The notes under the pieces were generated by a model. That model saw only the letters and a list, made by a program, of their open reading frames with translations. It was not told where the DNA came from and searched no databases. This document shows positions 12,431 through 27,200 of a DNA stretch of 64,000 nt, one piece after another (position 1 is the stretch's first letter; every line of letters begins with the position of its first letter). The translations under genes were made by a program, and so were the position numbers. The DNA lies in the NCBI RefSeq assembly GCF_000002075.1, contig NW_004797421.1, forward strand, positions 1,205,735 through 1,269,734. The letters are read 5' to 3'. This DNA is from Aplysia californica. Its lineage: Eukaryota.

Positions 12431-15400
12431 TTATATTATATCTCATGCCTTTCTTTTTTGATAATGAAAAGTTTAGCTTGACCAAATCGACAGCTTTCTT
12501 TAATATTTGTTTTGCTGTTGTTGTTTATTTTAAATCAAAATATGGGAGTCCTTCCAAGTTAGATAAGTAATTTGTCTTCCCGTATTTCTTGAGAAGTAAC
12601 TTTGGCTTCCATCTGAGGCTCTAGAAAACTTGTGTTTATATTGTCGATGAATTTTGATTGGATGGGGTCACACTGTTCTTCTTCTCAGTCATCACTAGCG
12701 TTTAGTTCTTGATTTTTCTGCGGTGTCGTGTCGTCATGAAGTCATGTAAAGAAATACTTGACAGACATGACTTTACTGGATTATTTTGTAGGATTAGAGT
12801 ATACGGCTCATGGATTTCCTTAAATTCTCTTACATTTAGAGAATTTCAGTGGTCTTTCCTCATTTTTAGACAGCACTGTCGCTTAGTTAAATGCTAGGAT
12901 GGTTCTGTTTAAATGCAAGGGTGGTTTTGTGTAAATTTGCTAAGGTACTTTTTCTATTCCACATTGCCCGCAAATTTCTCAGCTAATATGTTTTGAGTTT
13001 TTATCAGATTCTCAACTGAACAGCTATTAGCTTTTTTTTACTGCCTGGTATTTTGTGGAATTCTCTAGTTCAATACCTCATTTCCTTTGTACTGGAGGCA
13101 TGAGTAGTCATGTTAGAGTTATGTACCTTTGCTAACGTAATTGGCCCTTTGCCAGGTAGGCTATAATAGATGCGAGTTACTTTTTTGCTACAAGTTATTT
13201 ATTGTAACTACCCACGCGGTTTTGTTCTGGAGGTCAGATTGGAGCTCTGGACTCTTCAGAGGAAGAGAAAGATCTTATATTTATATTCATATATATATAT
13301 ATATAGATAGATAGATAGATCGATGTGGTCTGCATGGTTTATTGTCTTTTGCGTTTTTTGTTGTTTTTTTTTTTTTTGGGTGGGGGGGGGGGGGGTCTTT
13401 TTGTTCTTCATTTCCTATATTTTTATGACAAGACTGAAACCACAATAGTGAACCAAGGTTTGTGAACATGTGTACCAGATTTTTTATATGAAGTGGAACA
13501 GTTTTATTTGTATCCCCTCTAAGTTGAGGGAGTGAGCTGTAGGTCACTCCATAGAGTTGTCCTATATTTTTCTCCACATTCCTACTTTGTACGTTCAATA
13601 CGCTCTGTATTCTTTATATATATATTTATATAACTTGGCTCGGCATAAACCCATTCTACATTTATCACCACCCACTGTTAGCATATCTCCCTGTCTTTGT
13701 GTTGTGATGACTTTGCTCTAATTAGAATGATTACTTCCTTTTTTTTTTACATGACAAAAATAATTTTGTGTTTTACGCACTGGAACAGGATTTTATGTTT
13801 TTTTATGGGAAGTTTGTCAAAGGGGTTGTTCTGTAAGGCCTGACTGTAAATTGTTCCAAGCACTGTTTGTGCTGCAGACAGAGCCTACAGTTTTTGTAAA
13901 ACATTATTTCCTCTCCTAATACGGATCTCAGCTGTAGATAATTTTGTGAGGTTAGAAAATTGTAGCTCTTGTCCGTCATCGCGGCCCAAGCAGGTCTACT
14001 TATGTCTTGTTTTCATTTTTATTTGTGTCGCAACGCGGTGGGATCGGGCGCTCGTCAGTTTTTGGGCATTTGGAGTTATTAGTATCATCTTAAAGTTTCG
14101 TCATTTGTCTTGCATTTGGCAAAAAAAATATCCATCTATCTTGAATAAAAGTCAAGATATTTACTATTGAAGAAATTACCAGTTACCTGGTGTTTGTGGT
14201 AAAATTAGCTAAAAAATGGCTGCCAAAGTTTGGTGCCTTCCAAAGCTTGAGAATGCTTGGAAATTACAAATTTAGATTTGTTGTGCCTTGGATCTATGTT
14301 CTTCAGTAAAAAATCCACACTGCATTGTGTTCTTAAATGGACTTGGAAGGTATTGAGATAAAAAAGAAAAGCAGAAATTAGAAAAAAACTGCTCCACGAT
14401 CAGAAAAATGACGGTTACCTTGATTACATTTTTTTTTTTACAAGCACCTGATTTCACCACACTGCCTCACATTATTTTAAAAAAAAAAAAAAACAAGTGT
14501 CTCCTGTCCATAGTATATTCACTTGTGATTCTTTAAATGTTACAATGTGGTTCTGTTGAGAACAAAAATTTGTTTGCCTTTTGTGGGGTTTTTAATGTTA
14601 CGATGTGATTTTTGTGGGGTGGAAAAAAAAAACATTCTCCGCAAAAAGCCGGATATCTTTTAGTTTTCTTGCTGCGCCAGTGTCCTGTTTTTTTATTTTG
14701 GTTTTGTAAAGCCTTAAAGGGCAACTGGGAGCTCTTGTCTGTTTGTACTTCCTACTGCTGGGTGCTGCAGAGATTCAGGAAGTGAAAATATGTTTGTTAA
14801 AGTGATGAAAGATAAATCAGCATTAATGTCGTATTATTTTACAAATCGTGTTTTGATTCTCTCCAACCGGTCTTTTATTACGAAGAAAGAAAAAAAAGAG
14901 CATATTTCAAGTAAAGTTTGACGTGATATATTTTTTATGAAGCTTTGTTGGTGTGCCTGTGATGTGAGGTGAAATGGTTGTATTTGACAAATGTTTCTTG
15001 TGGAGCGTTGGAAGCCCTGGGTATTTGAGCGGTTCTTGTGATGGGCTTTTATATTTTTCTGCGTGCGGGTTTTTTGTCTAGTCTTGTGTTTCCGTAGCCC
15101 TTGTTTGTACTCTTGTTGCCCAAGCAGCTAAAACTTTGCAGAAGCCTTGATCCTGCCTGGAGGTTGTAAGGAAAAATGTACATGTACTGTTGACTGTTGA
15201 CTCATTCACCTGCATATATATATATATATCTGTGGTGTTTCACATTCACTTTGGAGCGGAATTTTGCTTTTGAAAGAAAGACTCTTTTTTTTTTTTTTTT
15301 TTTTTTTGTTCCTTGATATTCCTGTAAAATTGTAGTTGTAGTGTGGTAATGTTGCTAAAGTTATGGTTTTGGGTTTTGCAACTTGCTTGTGGAAAAAAAA

Positions 15401-17512
15401 TTTTCTCACCGTTTATTCGTTTTCTGAACTTGTCACTGTAATGGTGTTTGGTGCTGTGCATTTGCTGCGTGGCAGACTCTTGATGGTTGTCTGTATCACT
15501 GGATATTAATTTCAATGCCTTAAATTCTTGTGATTGTCTTGAGAAGGCTGGGTCTTTCGTCTTTTGCTTGCCAGCTCTGTAGTCAGCTTCTTGTGTGTGA
15601 TCAGAGGTAAATTTGACCGAAATACTGAGAACGCGCTGATCATTGAAATATATATGTGTGCTTCATTCGTCAGGATTTGCTACGTTGGGTTTGAGCGGCT
15701 GCGGTATTTTTTATATATATATATTTGTCATTTCTGTTTTTCTGCATAACTCTGTGTAGCACAAACCCTTCCGCCTGAACTGTCTCGCTCTGTGTTTGCT
15801 TTTGTCTGTCTGTTTTTCTATTGTTTCTTGCCTGTCTTGTCTGTCCGTGTTTACAGTTGTCTGTTTGTCTGTCTGAGTTTTCTATTGTTTGTTTATCTGC
15901 CTATTTGTCTGTCTGTATTTGCTATTATCTGTCTGTTTGTCTTGTCTGTCTGTGTTTACAGTACAGTTGTCTGTTTGTCTGTCTGTGTTTGCTATTGTCT
16001 GTTTGTCTCTGTCTATGCCTGTTTCAAATGGCTGTTTTTAGGTTTGCGTGTGTGTGCCCTCCCTCTGTGCTTCTTTGTTCCAAGAGTGTAAGAAATTGTA
16101 AGTTACAGTTTAGCACCGTCATTAACACAGTTTAGGTCATTTAAGAGGAGGGCTACTTCAGCGCTGCCTGTGGTCAATGCGATCTGTGGCTGTTTTAATA
16201 CATTAGAGCAGAAAGGTGGACAAACTCAGAAGAGTTTCTTGTTTCTTCCTCTTGTGGGAATTGAACTATTGCCTTTCACACTGGTGGCAAAGAGCGTAAC
16301 CACCACACTCACCACAGATGTCGGTCTGATATCATGCTTCCCCCAAAATTCTCCTTCAGTACAGATTGACTGCTAGTGTTGTAGTAGTAGTAAGTAATTG
16401 CACCACCATTATTCCTGACACAACAAACCTCCACCCCTTATTTTATTTTTTTTCTCCTCACTCTCCGGAAGCTGAACTTTCTCTGTCTCTCTCTCTTCCA
16501 CTCTGATGTCTCTTCCACTTCCACCTTCTTTTTCTCTTCCCCCCACTCTGTCGTAATTGAAGTATTTTTGAGAGTAGACTATATCTCCTGATGCTCTCTC
16601 TCTCTCTCTCTCTCTGAATCTTCCCGCTCTCTCCCTCTCTCTCAATATCCCTCTCCCCCTCTCTCTCTCTCTTTCTCTCTCTGTCAATTTCCCCTCTCTA
16701 TCTTGTCTTCCTCCCCTCCCCCCCCCCCTTGGTGCTCCCACCCTCCCAGTGCCATGTTCTCCTACTGCTATACGGCACAGCTAAAGCATTAACTACTGTT
16801 TGAAAAATCTCCTCTATTTTTATATGGACAGAAATCTTAACAGCTGTTAAACCGTCACGAGTTTTTGTTTCATGGAATTATTTTTGTACTTAGAGAAAGT
16901 AAACGAATGCTGATAAAATCTTCATTGCTTCTATTTTATGAAGTCATTTTTAAAGAATCATCATATATATATGGAAGAACAGTTGAGGAATCTGTAGCAA
17001 CGAAAGACACTCGGGTCAAGAACTGGTGCTTGCTATGATTATTTTCTGCTATATATATATATATATATCTGTATTACTGCTGCAAAGCTGTGTTTCTTTG
17101 TTGGTGGACTTTTCCTGTTTCTTCCAAGTTTTTTTTTATGGGGAAATATTTGGCGGTGTAATGGAAAACTTTGATGGCCTAGACCATATTGTTGCTACTT
17201 TGCCATTGGTTTTTTTGTATTGTGGTGTACAGTACATTGTATCTTCATAGTACACGTCCGGTCGTACAAATGTCAGTTTTGACTCGACCTCCGGACAAAT
17301 AGTCACTGAACTAGCGCTTAATAAAGTTAGAGATGTTGTCTACGTCGTGCTTAATATCGCTGGAGCTCTGTTCTGTGTGATGACAGAAAGATTGTCGTCT
17401 GAAGTGTTTTATTTCTGTCAAAATAAATGTATACTTTTCGTCTTGTGCACTGATTCGGAACAATTTTGGGCAAGTTAAAAAATGTGGCTTACCTTGAAAG
17501 TTAAGATTAAAG

Positions 17513-17680
17513 CTGTCCCCGTCGTTTTATGCACACAAAAATTCTGAAAAGCCCAAAAATGTGAAATTATGCGATTCTGTTAATTTTAACCAAGAATAAT
17601 AAAGGAAATTAATCAGAAATTATGCAAAAAATGATCAAATTTTGCTAAATTATGCTGGGTGCATAAAACCACAGGGACAG
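17513..17680. mobile_element. ~165-bp MITE, copy 1 of 3
   Basis: TIR CTGTCCCCGTCGTTTTATGCAC / GTGCATAAAACCACAGGGACAG; near-identical copies at 18329-18482 and 33365-33543. Confidence 0.8.
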
Positions 17681-18328
17681 TTAAGAGATGGTGGCAATGG
17701 TGAACACAGTATGTGTTGTCCATTGTAGACCAGTCTGCTCCATTTGTATGTGGTGCCAAGCAAAGTATGATGATTATGATGAGTTGTTCTATCAATGATC
17801 ATAGTTTGAGTATGTGTACTTTCCTGTACGCAATGGATGATCAAGCATTGAGTGATCGTAGTTTGAGTATGGGGCTGTTCAAATGCAATCTAACACCTTT
17901 TTGGGGACATTTTGCCCCCCCTTACACTTTTATTACATTTGCCTGTACCCAACTCCCCACCCCCAAATCCCGCAATACTACATTTTTCGCTCATAATAAT
18001 ACTAAAACATTTATATTACAATTATTGTACTATATGCTTTAGATAATATTCATGAAAAGCATGCATACACACATACATGCACATAATAATAAAATATGCT
18101 GTTCTACATTCACTAAAAATTAACTGAGCAAATCATTCAAGCAAAATACGCTATTGCATACACTCATTTTTACAAATGAGGAAAAAAAATTGAGACTCAT
18201 GTCAGTGTCAAAAGCGCCATTAATAACAAATAAAACTAATTACAGTGGACTTCTGCTGATAAAGCCAACCCCTTGGGACCTAAAAGAAAGTGTTATATTA
18301 CATTGGTTCAAGACCCCCCCCTTCTTAC

Positions 18329-18482
18329 CTGTCCCCGTGGTTTTGCAAACTGAGCCCAAAAATGTGATGTTATGAGATTCTGTTAATTTTAATAAAGAAC
18401 GATAAAGGAAAATAATCAGAAATTATGCAAAAAATGATCAAATTTTGCTAAATTATGCGGGGTGCATAAAACCATGGGGACA
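18329..18482. mobile_element. ~165-bp MITE, copy 2 of 3
   Basis: Same TIRs and internal sequence as 17513-17680. Confidence 0.8.
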
Positions 18483-18759
18483 TTCTTACACTTTACTTAC
18501 AAGAGCCAAAGACCCCCCCCCCCCCCTCCCCCATTTCCAGGCGTAAGATTATATTTGAACACCCCCTATGTGTACTACATTACCATACTGTGTGGTAGGG
18601 TATGATCAAACGTTGAGTGATCATGGTGTGTTTTTGTTTTTCATTTTTCATTCATACCTTGAGAGCACAGTTTTGATTACTTTGTTGGGTCATGGTGCTG
18701 TTCTTGTTTTTTATGTCTTTGTGTAGAAAATTTTTCAACATTGTGTTAATGTGGATAAC

Positions 18760-18992
18760 AGACCAGTTGTTGAGTCGCTGGTTGTCGAATGACGCTGACC
18801 TAGTTTTCTGTCATACGTTACACCACTGGTTGTCAAATTACGCTGACCTAGTTTTCTGTCGTACGTTACACTACTGGTTGTCAAATGACACTGACCTAGT
18901 TTTCTGTCGTACGTTACGTCACCACTGGTTGTCAAATGACGCTGACCTAGTTTTCTGTCGTATGTTACGTCACCACTGGTTGTCAAATGACA
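18760..18992. repeat. 45-48-bp minisatellite (~5 units)
   Basis: Unit CACTGGTTGTCAAATGACGCTGACCTAGTTTTCTGTCGTACGTTAC(GTC). Confidence 0.9.
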
Positions 18993-19295
18993 CTCCCATC
19001 TACTTTCTGTCGCGTGTTCCATCTGTTGCTATATTTGTCCTCTCGCACTGTCCCGGCACCATCAGTCCCTCGCTCTACCTCGTCATGGTGTCTGCTTCTT
19101 CCACTTTCCTCCAAATTTTCCACTTTTTGGAAAGGAGATTTTTTTTCAGTAATGTGAAGGAAAAGGTAAGATGGTTTGTTTTGTTTTAAAAAATTTTTAT
19201 ACTTCCTTGCGGATGTCTACCATTTTCCTAACTCTGCTACTCTTTAAAAAGTCTTTATTATACTTTATAGCTTAAGTAAAGTATCATGTACATGC

Positions 19296-19327
<32 letters not shown>

Positions 19328-20127
19328 GGCCCTATGGTGGTCCAAATTTTTCAGGAACATATTAAGACAGAAGGCTGAGCGTGTACTTGATGTGTAGGGC
19401 AGTAGTGATGTGTAACACGCCCCTGCCCCCACAACAAGCTACAACACACCTCTGCTGTCTACATGATCTCATTTACAAGAACAAACAAACGAAAAAAAAC
19501 TAGAATATTTCTTAGGTCAATACTAATTATTTCTGATATAATATTGTGATTGTGATAACAGACGTACTTGTGATTAGAGAATGTTTCTTCTACGTGTCTC
19601 TGTACGGAGCTGGACCAACGTGTTACGAAATTGTCATATTTATTGATTATTGTTTACTACTACTACTTCAACAAATGTTTCTTGTTCGTGTCTCTGTGCA
19701 CACCTAGACAGAATTGTAACGGCATTATTATAATTTTATAATATAATTTACATTCTTATGTCTGCTGCACCAGTACCTTCAACATTGAAAAAATCTTCTT
19801 TCATAAATCCCTTTTGATTTTGATTTTGATATTGAGCTGTGCGTTGATGTGCGTTTCCAGCACAAGTTGTGAATTCCTAGCGGAAATGGAATCTCAGGGT
19901 TTTCAGATTGTTCTTTTAATCAACTTTTTTTCAGTTTCGATTACATCTGAAGGATTTTTGTCTGTTTTTAGAGTTGAGTGTTTGAGCCAGACTCTGTTTT
20001 TACCACAAGACTTGTTCACTTTTAGGTTGTTATTTCCCCTGTGTAACAACACAAGCTGCTATTTATTTGTGCTGTATATCTTCTAATAAACTCTTTGTAG
20101 CCCAATCTCTCACTGCGGTTCAGCACT

Positions 20128-20313
20128 TTTGTTTTGTTTTAGTTTTAATAAGAGTTTTACGGCACAGTAAGGTAATTTATATATAAGTGCCGAAGATTAG
20201 AGGTGTTACAAAAGAGTAACAAAGTAACAATCACAAAAAAGAAGGAGAGATAAGGACGATAAATGTTTGATAGGAAAGGAAGAGGAAACCACACCAGAGC
20301 ACCCTCCAACCAC
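20128..20313 (-). mobile_element. ~175-bp retroposon copy (a further partial copy at 20685-20800)
   Basis: Matches the family consensus. Confidence 0.8.
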
Positions 20314-22524
20314 TCTTATTTCAAAATGTTTGGCACTAATTGTGTTGAAAGTGCTGTGGTGCAACTCATACTAAAACTTTCTGTTAGTGAAATTGGCACT
20401 CACACGATTCCAGAGATGACAGCACGGCAGCCAGTTTGTTGCTATTTTTGCACTCCAAGGGAGACTAAATTCTTTTATGCTTTGGTAATCTAGTGGTTAG
20501 GTAATGGACTCGTAATCCTGAGCCTCATGAGGGTGCATATTTGGGAGTTGGAGGCTCAACTTGGCTTGACATTTTGTCCTCAGGAAAGGCTTTTTACGTG
20601 AATTTTCCTCACTTTACATTTACAGAGGTGAGAATGGGTACCCAGCTATAGTGTGCAAAAGATCATATCAGTATGTTAGTGGGGTTTTTTAGTTTTAGTA
20701 AATGTTCTACGGCTCTTGCAACACACTATGGTCATATAAGTGCCGAAGATTAGAGGTGTTACAAGAGAGAGTAACAAACACAAAAAGGAAGAAGGAGAGA
20801 TTTATTTTTTTATAGCAGAGGGTTTTACGGTGGGTGTCAACAGAGAAGTCTTTACAGGGAATCAGACTTAGACGTGACTCATTAATTTGTTACTCTCAGT
20901 GTGTTAAATAATCTTCATCTACCAGAGGTCTGAAGATTCCCATTTTTTTCTCCATACTCCTTTTTCGAGAGAATTTTGAGGAAAACTATCTTGGGGAGGA
21001 TTTTGAAGAAAACTCTTACATAAATTGGGGAGGATTTTTTTAATGAAAACTATTTTTGGTCAAGGGGTGGTTGGCAGGTGTGCGTTTCTGAGAAAAAAAA
21101 AAGTTTTTCTTGTGTCCAGACTTTAGTGACAATGTGTTGAAAAATCTAGTCCTGGGCTGTAGTTTATTGAGCAGAGAGAGGCTGAAAAAGAAGGAAAACT
21201 ATCCAAGGCTTCTGATTGGTCACCTCCAACAAGTAGCGAGCAACACACGGAAAGTCTGTTACAATATCATATAAGATATAACAACACCAAATCAAAACAA
21301 ATCTCGGGTAGTAGAAAAGTTTTCATCACAGTTTATTCCAACAACATTCTGTCTCACATCAGCACCATAATGAACGACAACAGGAAGAAAAACATCTTAT
21401 ACGTAGATCAACCGGGTAGACAAGGAAAGAAACAGCCAACAATTACAACAATGAGATTGACCTCCATTCGGTACCTGATGCTTGTGGTAGTACTAACATT
21501 TCATGCTACCGGTAACGTTTTTCAAATAGCATAAAGCTGTCCTTTTGTAAAAGTAAACTATACAATAACAAAGTTTTGAAGTTGTACGAGTATTATACAG
21601 TACATTGGACTTCTTACTCCAGCATTTGGGGGGTGAGAGGGTGAGTGGAGGGAGAAGGGTTTTTTAAAATCAAATCCAGAGGTAGAGTATACCAGCGACT
21701 TGTCAAAGAATCTTGGAAGCTGGAATGCAAGCAACAAAAGGCTTGCTATGGCCAGACAAAAAGTGGGTAAAAAGAAACTACTGCCACTGTCTGACACAAC
21801 ATACAACTTTCGCACCAAAGAACGACTACAAGTAAGTCCCTGACTATTGAACATAGCACACACCATGGATCAAACTTGCCAAATTCTATGAATTACAGAG
21901 TCCAATAGTATACAATCTAATGGCCACCTGCATAAAACAATCACCAGTACCAACAACCACTTCCCACTCCTGCACCAGCCCACTTGCATTTTTTTCAACA
22001 TTACAATTTCAACTGTCCAAGACAATCCCTCTTTTCCTCGACATCAACTGTGTATACTTTATTCAACACATCATGATAGGTGAAGAAATCATCAATTTAG
22101 CCGTGTGGTAACAAATTTAAAGCCTTCAAAAACAATTCACTTTCTTAGAAAGTACAAGAATGTTCAAATAAAAATATGTCTCTTTAAACATTTCTTTAAA
22201 TATCCCTTGAAATGTCTCATGAAATGTCCCTTGAAATCTTTAAATGTCTGTTGAAAAGTCTCTCTTCTAGGAAGCAAAATCTGCCGGGAGTTAAGAAGCC
22301 CTGAAACTAGAAATAACCACTCATAATATATCTGAGCTCCATCAACCAGCTACTCAAACTGCTACAAGAAACGTGAAAGTGGAAGGTCAAGGCACAAGAA
22401 TTTTCCAACAGACAACTGCCAAATCTCACCATGTCTCTCTTTGCACAAGACTACGCGCAGTCAGCGGTCAAAATCACTGGTAAAAAAAACAGTTATCGGA
22501 CAACTGCTTCCATTCAGTATCTGT

Positions 22525-22700
22525 TTTTTAGTTTCAGTAGAGGTTTTACAGCGCTCGCAACTGCATAAGGTCATATGAGCGCCAGAAGATTAGAGGTGTC
22601 ACAAAGGGAGTAACAAACATAAAAAAGAAGGAGGGGAGATAAAGACGATAGATGTTTGATAGGATAGAAGGAGCAAACCACACCAGAGCACCCGCCAACC
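22525..22700 (-). mobile_element. ~175-bp retroposon family, subfamily B
   Basis: Same consensus; TSD TCA(G/A)TATCTGT. Confidence 0.8.
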
Positions 22701-23357
22701 TCAATATCTGTAGTCTTGCTAGCCTTGAGCAATAAAATATACAAACATAACCTCATTTGACATTCATTCATGACAGTACAGAACTCTTATATATAGAATA
22801 TCATTATTATACTGTGAAAATAAGGTCATCATAAAATCATATTCTTATGGCACAGCAAAGCTCCTTCCTTCAAACTACAACGAATCGAAGAAAAATCTGA
22901 TTAATTCACCACCTATAATTTCTACAAGACAAACAGACTTTTTCAAACAACTAAACAGACTTTCCATCACACATCAAACATCTGACCCGCACAAAGGCAC
23001 ACTAACACCCAAACAACGATCTGTCTAATATAGAACTAACAAGTATTCATGATAAACACACAATATCTGGTAATCTCAATATAATGCCGTGAACGGTGTA
23101 GAGATGTCCGTACAGAGAATAGAGGTCCATAAGAAGAGACATGAATGATGAACGATGTCTGTGATAAAAAGAAAAGACAATATTTCCTGTGATAGAGAGA
23201 AAAGAGAACGATATCTGAATAGAGAGAATAGAATTTAACGATATCAGAGATGGAGAGAAGAGAAGGAAAAAACGGATAATGGAACCCACTAGCAGCAGAA
23301 CAAACTGTGACATTTCTTCTCTCAGTCTTACGTTACTCCACAGGCTTATTTGACATG

Positions 23358-23529
23358 TTTAGTTTTAGTAGTAAGAGTTTTACAGCACTTGCAACATAAA
23401 TAGGTCATAATGCTGATGATTAAAGGTGTTACAAAAGAGTAACATACAAAAAAAAGGAGAGATTGGGACGATAGATGTTCAATAAGCAAAAAGAAGCAAA
23501 CCATCCCAGAGCCCCCACCAACTACCCAC
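23358..23529 (-). mobile_element. ~175-bp retroposon family, subfamily A
   Basis: Same consensus; degenerate TSD TTT(G/A)ACA(T/C)GTTT. Confidence 0.8.
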
Positions 23530-24292
23530 TTTAACACGTTTGTGCAAAGGGCGGTCTGTAAATTTCATCACCGCAGAATGTCAGTGGCCATGCCCTCTAT
23601 TAAAAACGTGTTCTTCAGTGTTTGAGGCAGCGATTAAACTGACAAAACCACATTGGCAATTTGCAAAGTAAAAGTTAGGGTTATCCGAGGTAGAGAAAAG
23701 AAGAGAAAAACAGAAAAGTGAATCTACTATCACCACTATTATTGCTACAGTTATATCAATTATAATTATAGTTTTAAAAAGTCCATCTATATAATAACTT
23801 TTAGAGTGAAGAGTTTGTTGAGGTAAATAAGGAGACTTGTTCTTGTTTCAGGAAGCAACATCCCTGCACTCCGGACATATCCATTGATGCTCCGTTGCTC
23901 TCTCCAAAATGTTGCCGAGGGTCCTTCTACTGATTGTGCCAGTGCACATCTGGTTGAACGTTAAATAAGGAGACAAAATTGTCAAGTATTCTCACAGCAG
24001 ACACTTGCCTCAAGAGATCATGTATTAAAGCAGATATGTGTATGTAAACAGTCGAACTTGTCCTATCGGTCACTTGTCCAAGACAACCACTTCTCACTTC
24101 CCACTGCCCCTTATGCGTTTTTCTTTTATTATAATGACACTATTCAAATCCAGTTGTCTATGACAACCACTTTTCTCCTCAACAATGGGTGACCCTCCTG
24201 AACAATTTCAACTGTATACAATACCTTCAACGAATAATCATTTCAAAATGGAGGTAAAATTTTGACGACCAGACCTCTAGGAAGGCCCAGCA

Positions 24293-27200
24293 TTATCTAC
24301 AGGCAACTTGCAACATTTCCTCCACATTCACCAGCTTCTCCCGAGGTTTGCCGATTTTCTCTCCCGCTGCCATCTCAGCCATGTCAATTTTCTCCCAGTC
24401 TTCAAACGTCACAGCTGATGAGACGATAAAGAACAAACAATCAATTTATGAACGCTTCATTAACCCTCTCAACTAAAGAGACAATTAATTGCCGTGGGAG
24501 GAGAAAGAAATGTACTAATTTACTGTACAAACATGAGTACTCCTGATTAAAAGGGAAATTTGAGCATAGAACAATCAACATGAGTGAGTCTACTAACATT
24601 ACAACTAATCACAAGAAACATTAGACATGCTCAACAGTTCACAATCATTTGTTTGCTCAACTCTACTTTCTTTTCAAGAGCAAAAAAGGGAGAACGAGGC
24701 AGGTCACAATTAGTTATTCTAATATATTTTGCTTCAGGGAAGCTATTTCACATAACAAGTCTATGCTCTCAAAATCATCAACTACACACAGGTAGGAATG
24801 ATATCATAAGAGAATATTGTCAAGCCATCCAAAGTTTTCCGCCATGCCAGATGCAAACAAAGTTCCAATCATATCAACGGAAAGATTCGCCTTTAGGAAA
24901 ACTTAGTCATCCAAAATCAGAACTTTCTTCAAAGACATATAATAACACTGAATTCTACTAATAAGCCAGTGATACCAAATAACAACAGAACAGTACATAC
25001 CTTTGCTGCGTAACTTATTCAAGAGTTGGTCCCGACACCCAAGCTCCCTCCTGGCGACACGCCCATTGTCCAGGTCTTGCAGCACAGTGCGTCCTGTGTC
25101 AAACGCGTAGTTCATCGTGTCAGCTATAACCCCGACAGGACCTCGTCCGATCCAGCCCGTACAGTACAAACCTGACAACGGGAGACATTTTAGTCAAATC
25201 AAAGTACAGCACAAACCTGACAACATGAGACATTTTAGTCAAATCAAAGTACAGCACAAACCTGACAACATGAGACATTTTAGTCAAATCAAAGTACAGC
25301 ACAAACCTGACAACATGAGACATTTTCATCCAGCCAAATTACAATCGAACCTCCTCCAATGGCCACCTGTCTAAGACGATCACCTGTACAAACGACGGCT
25401 TTCATTCTTGCATTTTTTCTTCTACGTTATAATGACAATGTTCAAGATGCCCACCTGTCTAAGACGGCCACTTTTCTTCTCGACAATGGGTGGCCGTCTT
25501 TGACAATTTCAACTGAAGCAACATTTTCATAAGAGAAAACTTATTTCTAAAGAAATGCATTGCTCATCTGACACAATGACCTTAAATCCTCTCCTAACAC
25601 CCAACACCTTCTGTACCTCTCCCTATTCTGTACAACACATTTCCTGTGTAACTCTCCCTATTCTGTACAGAACACCTCTTGGACCTCTTCCTAAAATGCA
25701 CCTTCTGAACAATACATCTCTTGTACAGTACACCTCCTGCACAAAACACCTCCTGTAATTCTCCTTATTCTGTGCATGTAACAACAAGCCGGGCAGCATA
25801 GAGCACAACCTTATCTCACCTGGTTCTCCCTTCACTCTGGAGTCCTCATTGTCGATGATGTTTTTCCCCTTGCTGAAAGGCACGCTGGGGTCCAGAGGTA
25901 GACTTTTGTAGCCGATGCTGCGGAGAACCTGTTGTCAGACCAAAAAATGTCATATATTTGTCATTTATTACATACATAACTTAGGCCTTAACAAATCTTT
26001 TTAGTTTTAGTAAGAATTTGACGGCACTTGCAACACAATAAGGTCATATAAGTGCCGAAGATTAGAGGTGTTACAATGGAGTAACAAACACAAAAAAGAA
26101 AGAGGAGACTTAAAGACGATAGACGTTTGATAGGAAAGAAGGAGCAAACCACACCAGAGTCCCCGCCAACCACCCACTAACAAATCTTTGAAACCAAAGA
26201 AAATGTAAATATAACCATTTACTTTCATTTACAAAACATTGTTTTGGCACAAGGACAATTCCTATCATAATTAATGTGAAAACGAGAAGTTCTAATCCTC
26301 ACGTACATTTTGTCAAAGTTTTTTGTTCAAACTTCGGATTTACTTTTTAAGCTGCTTTTTACCAAAAATGGGGGGATATACTGGGAATTCCCACACAAAG
26401 AAATTACATATGGAGGGAAGACAAGAAGTAAGTATGGCTCTATGTGAAAATCTCAAAAACCTACCAATCCACAAGGAAGAATTTCCCTCTCATCAGTCGC
26501 CACAGCTTTCTGGCTCTCTAACGTCTCACCCTGAAAATTAAATGGCAAAACATTCAAAACCACATGTATTCCCATTCACAAACCTTCAAACACAAACATG
26601 TACACATAAATGAATATATAAATATATATAAATACAAACACAAGCTCACATACGTACACACACACATACACAAACAAACATGTATATACAAACATACACA
26701 CACACAAAGACAAGCACAAGCAACTACACATGCACACACACACATATACACACACTTACACACACAAACATGTATATATATACAAACATACACACACAAA
26801 GACAAGCACAAGCATCTACACACAAGCATCTACACACAAGCATCTACACACACACACACACAAAGACAAACACAAACATGTATACACACACAAAGACACA
26901 CCTGTAACCTATTCACCACCAGCTCAATGCCAGCGACATCCCCACCGGCAGAGGTCAGTATTCTCTGTGGGCTGCGACAGAAGTGAAGCGTCCACTCCTT
27001 GACCTCCTCTGACCCTGGCCTGACCGCAGTGCCCGTCTTGTGGATCAGCTCAGTCAGACGTCGTCGTGGCCGCGGCAGATCTGAACAAACAACGACAACC
27101 CGAGAGCTTGAATAGGCAGCAAAAGGGGGAGTTGAAACAGGCGACAAAAGTGGGAGCTAGAATAGACGACAAAATGGGGAGCTAGAATAGACGACAAAAT

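Noticed and set aside
18692-19189. 165-aa ORF with repeated HHWLSNDADLVFCR
   Set aside because: It is the translation of a minisatellite whose units are multiples of three; no splice or homology support.
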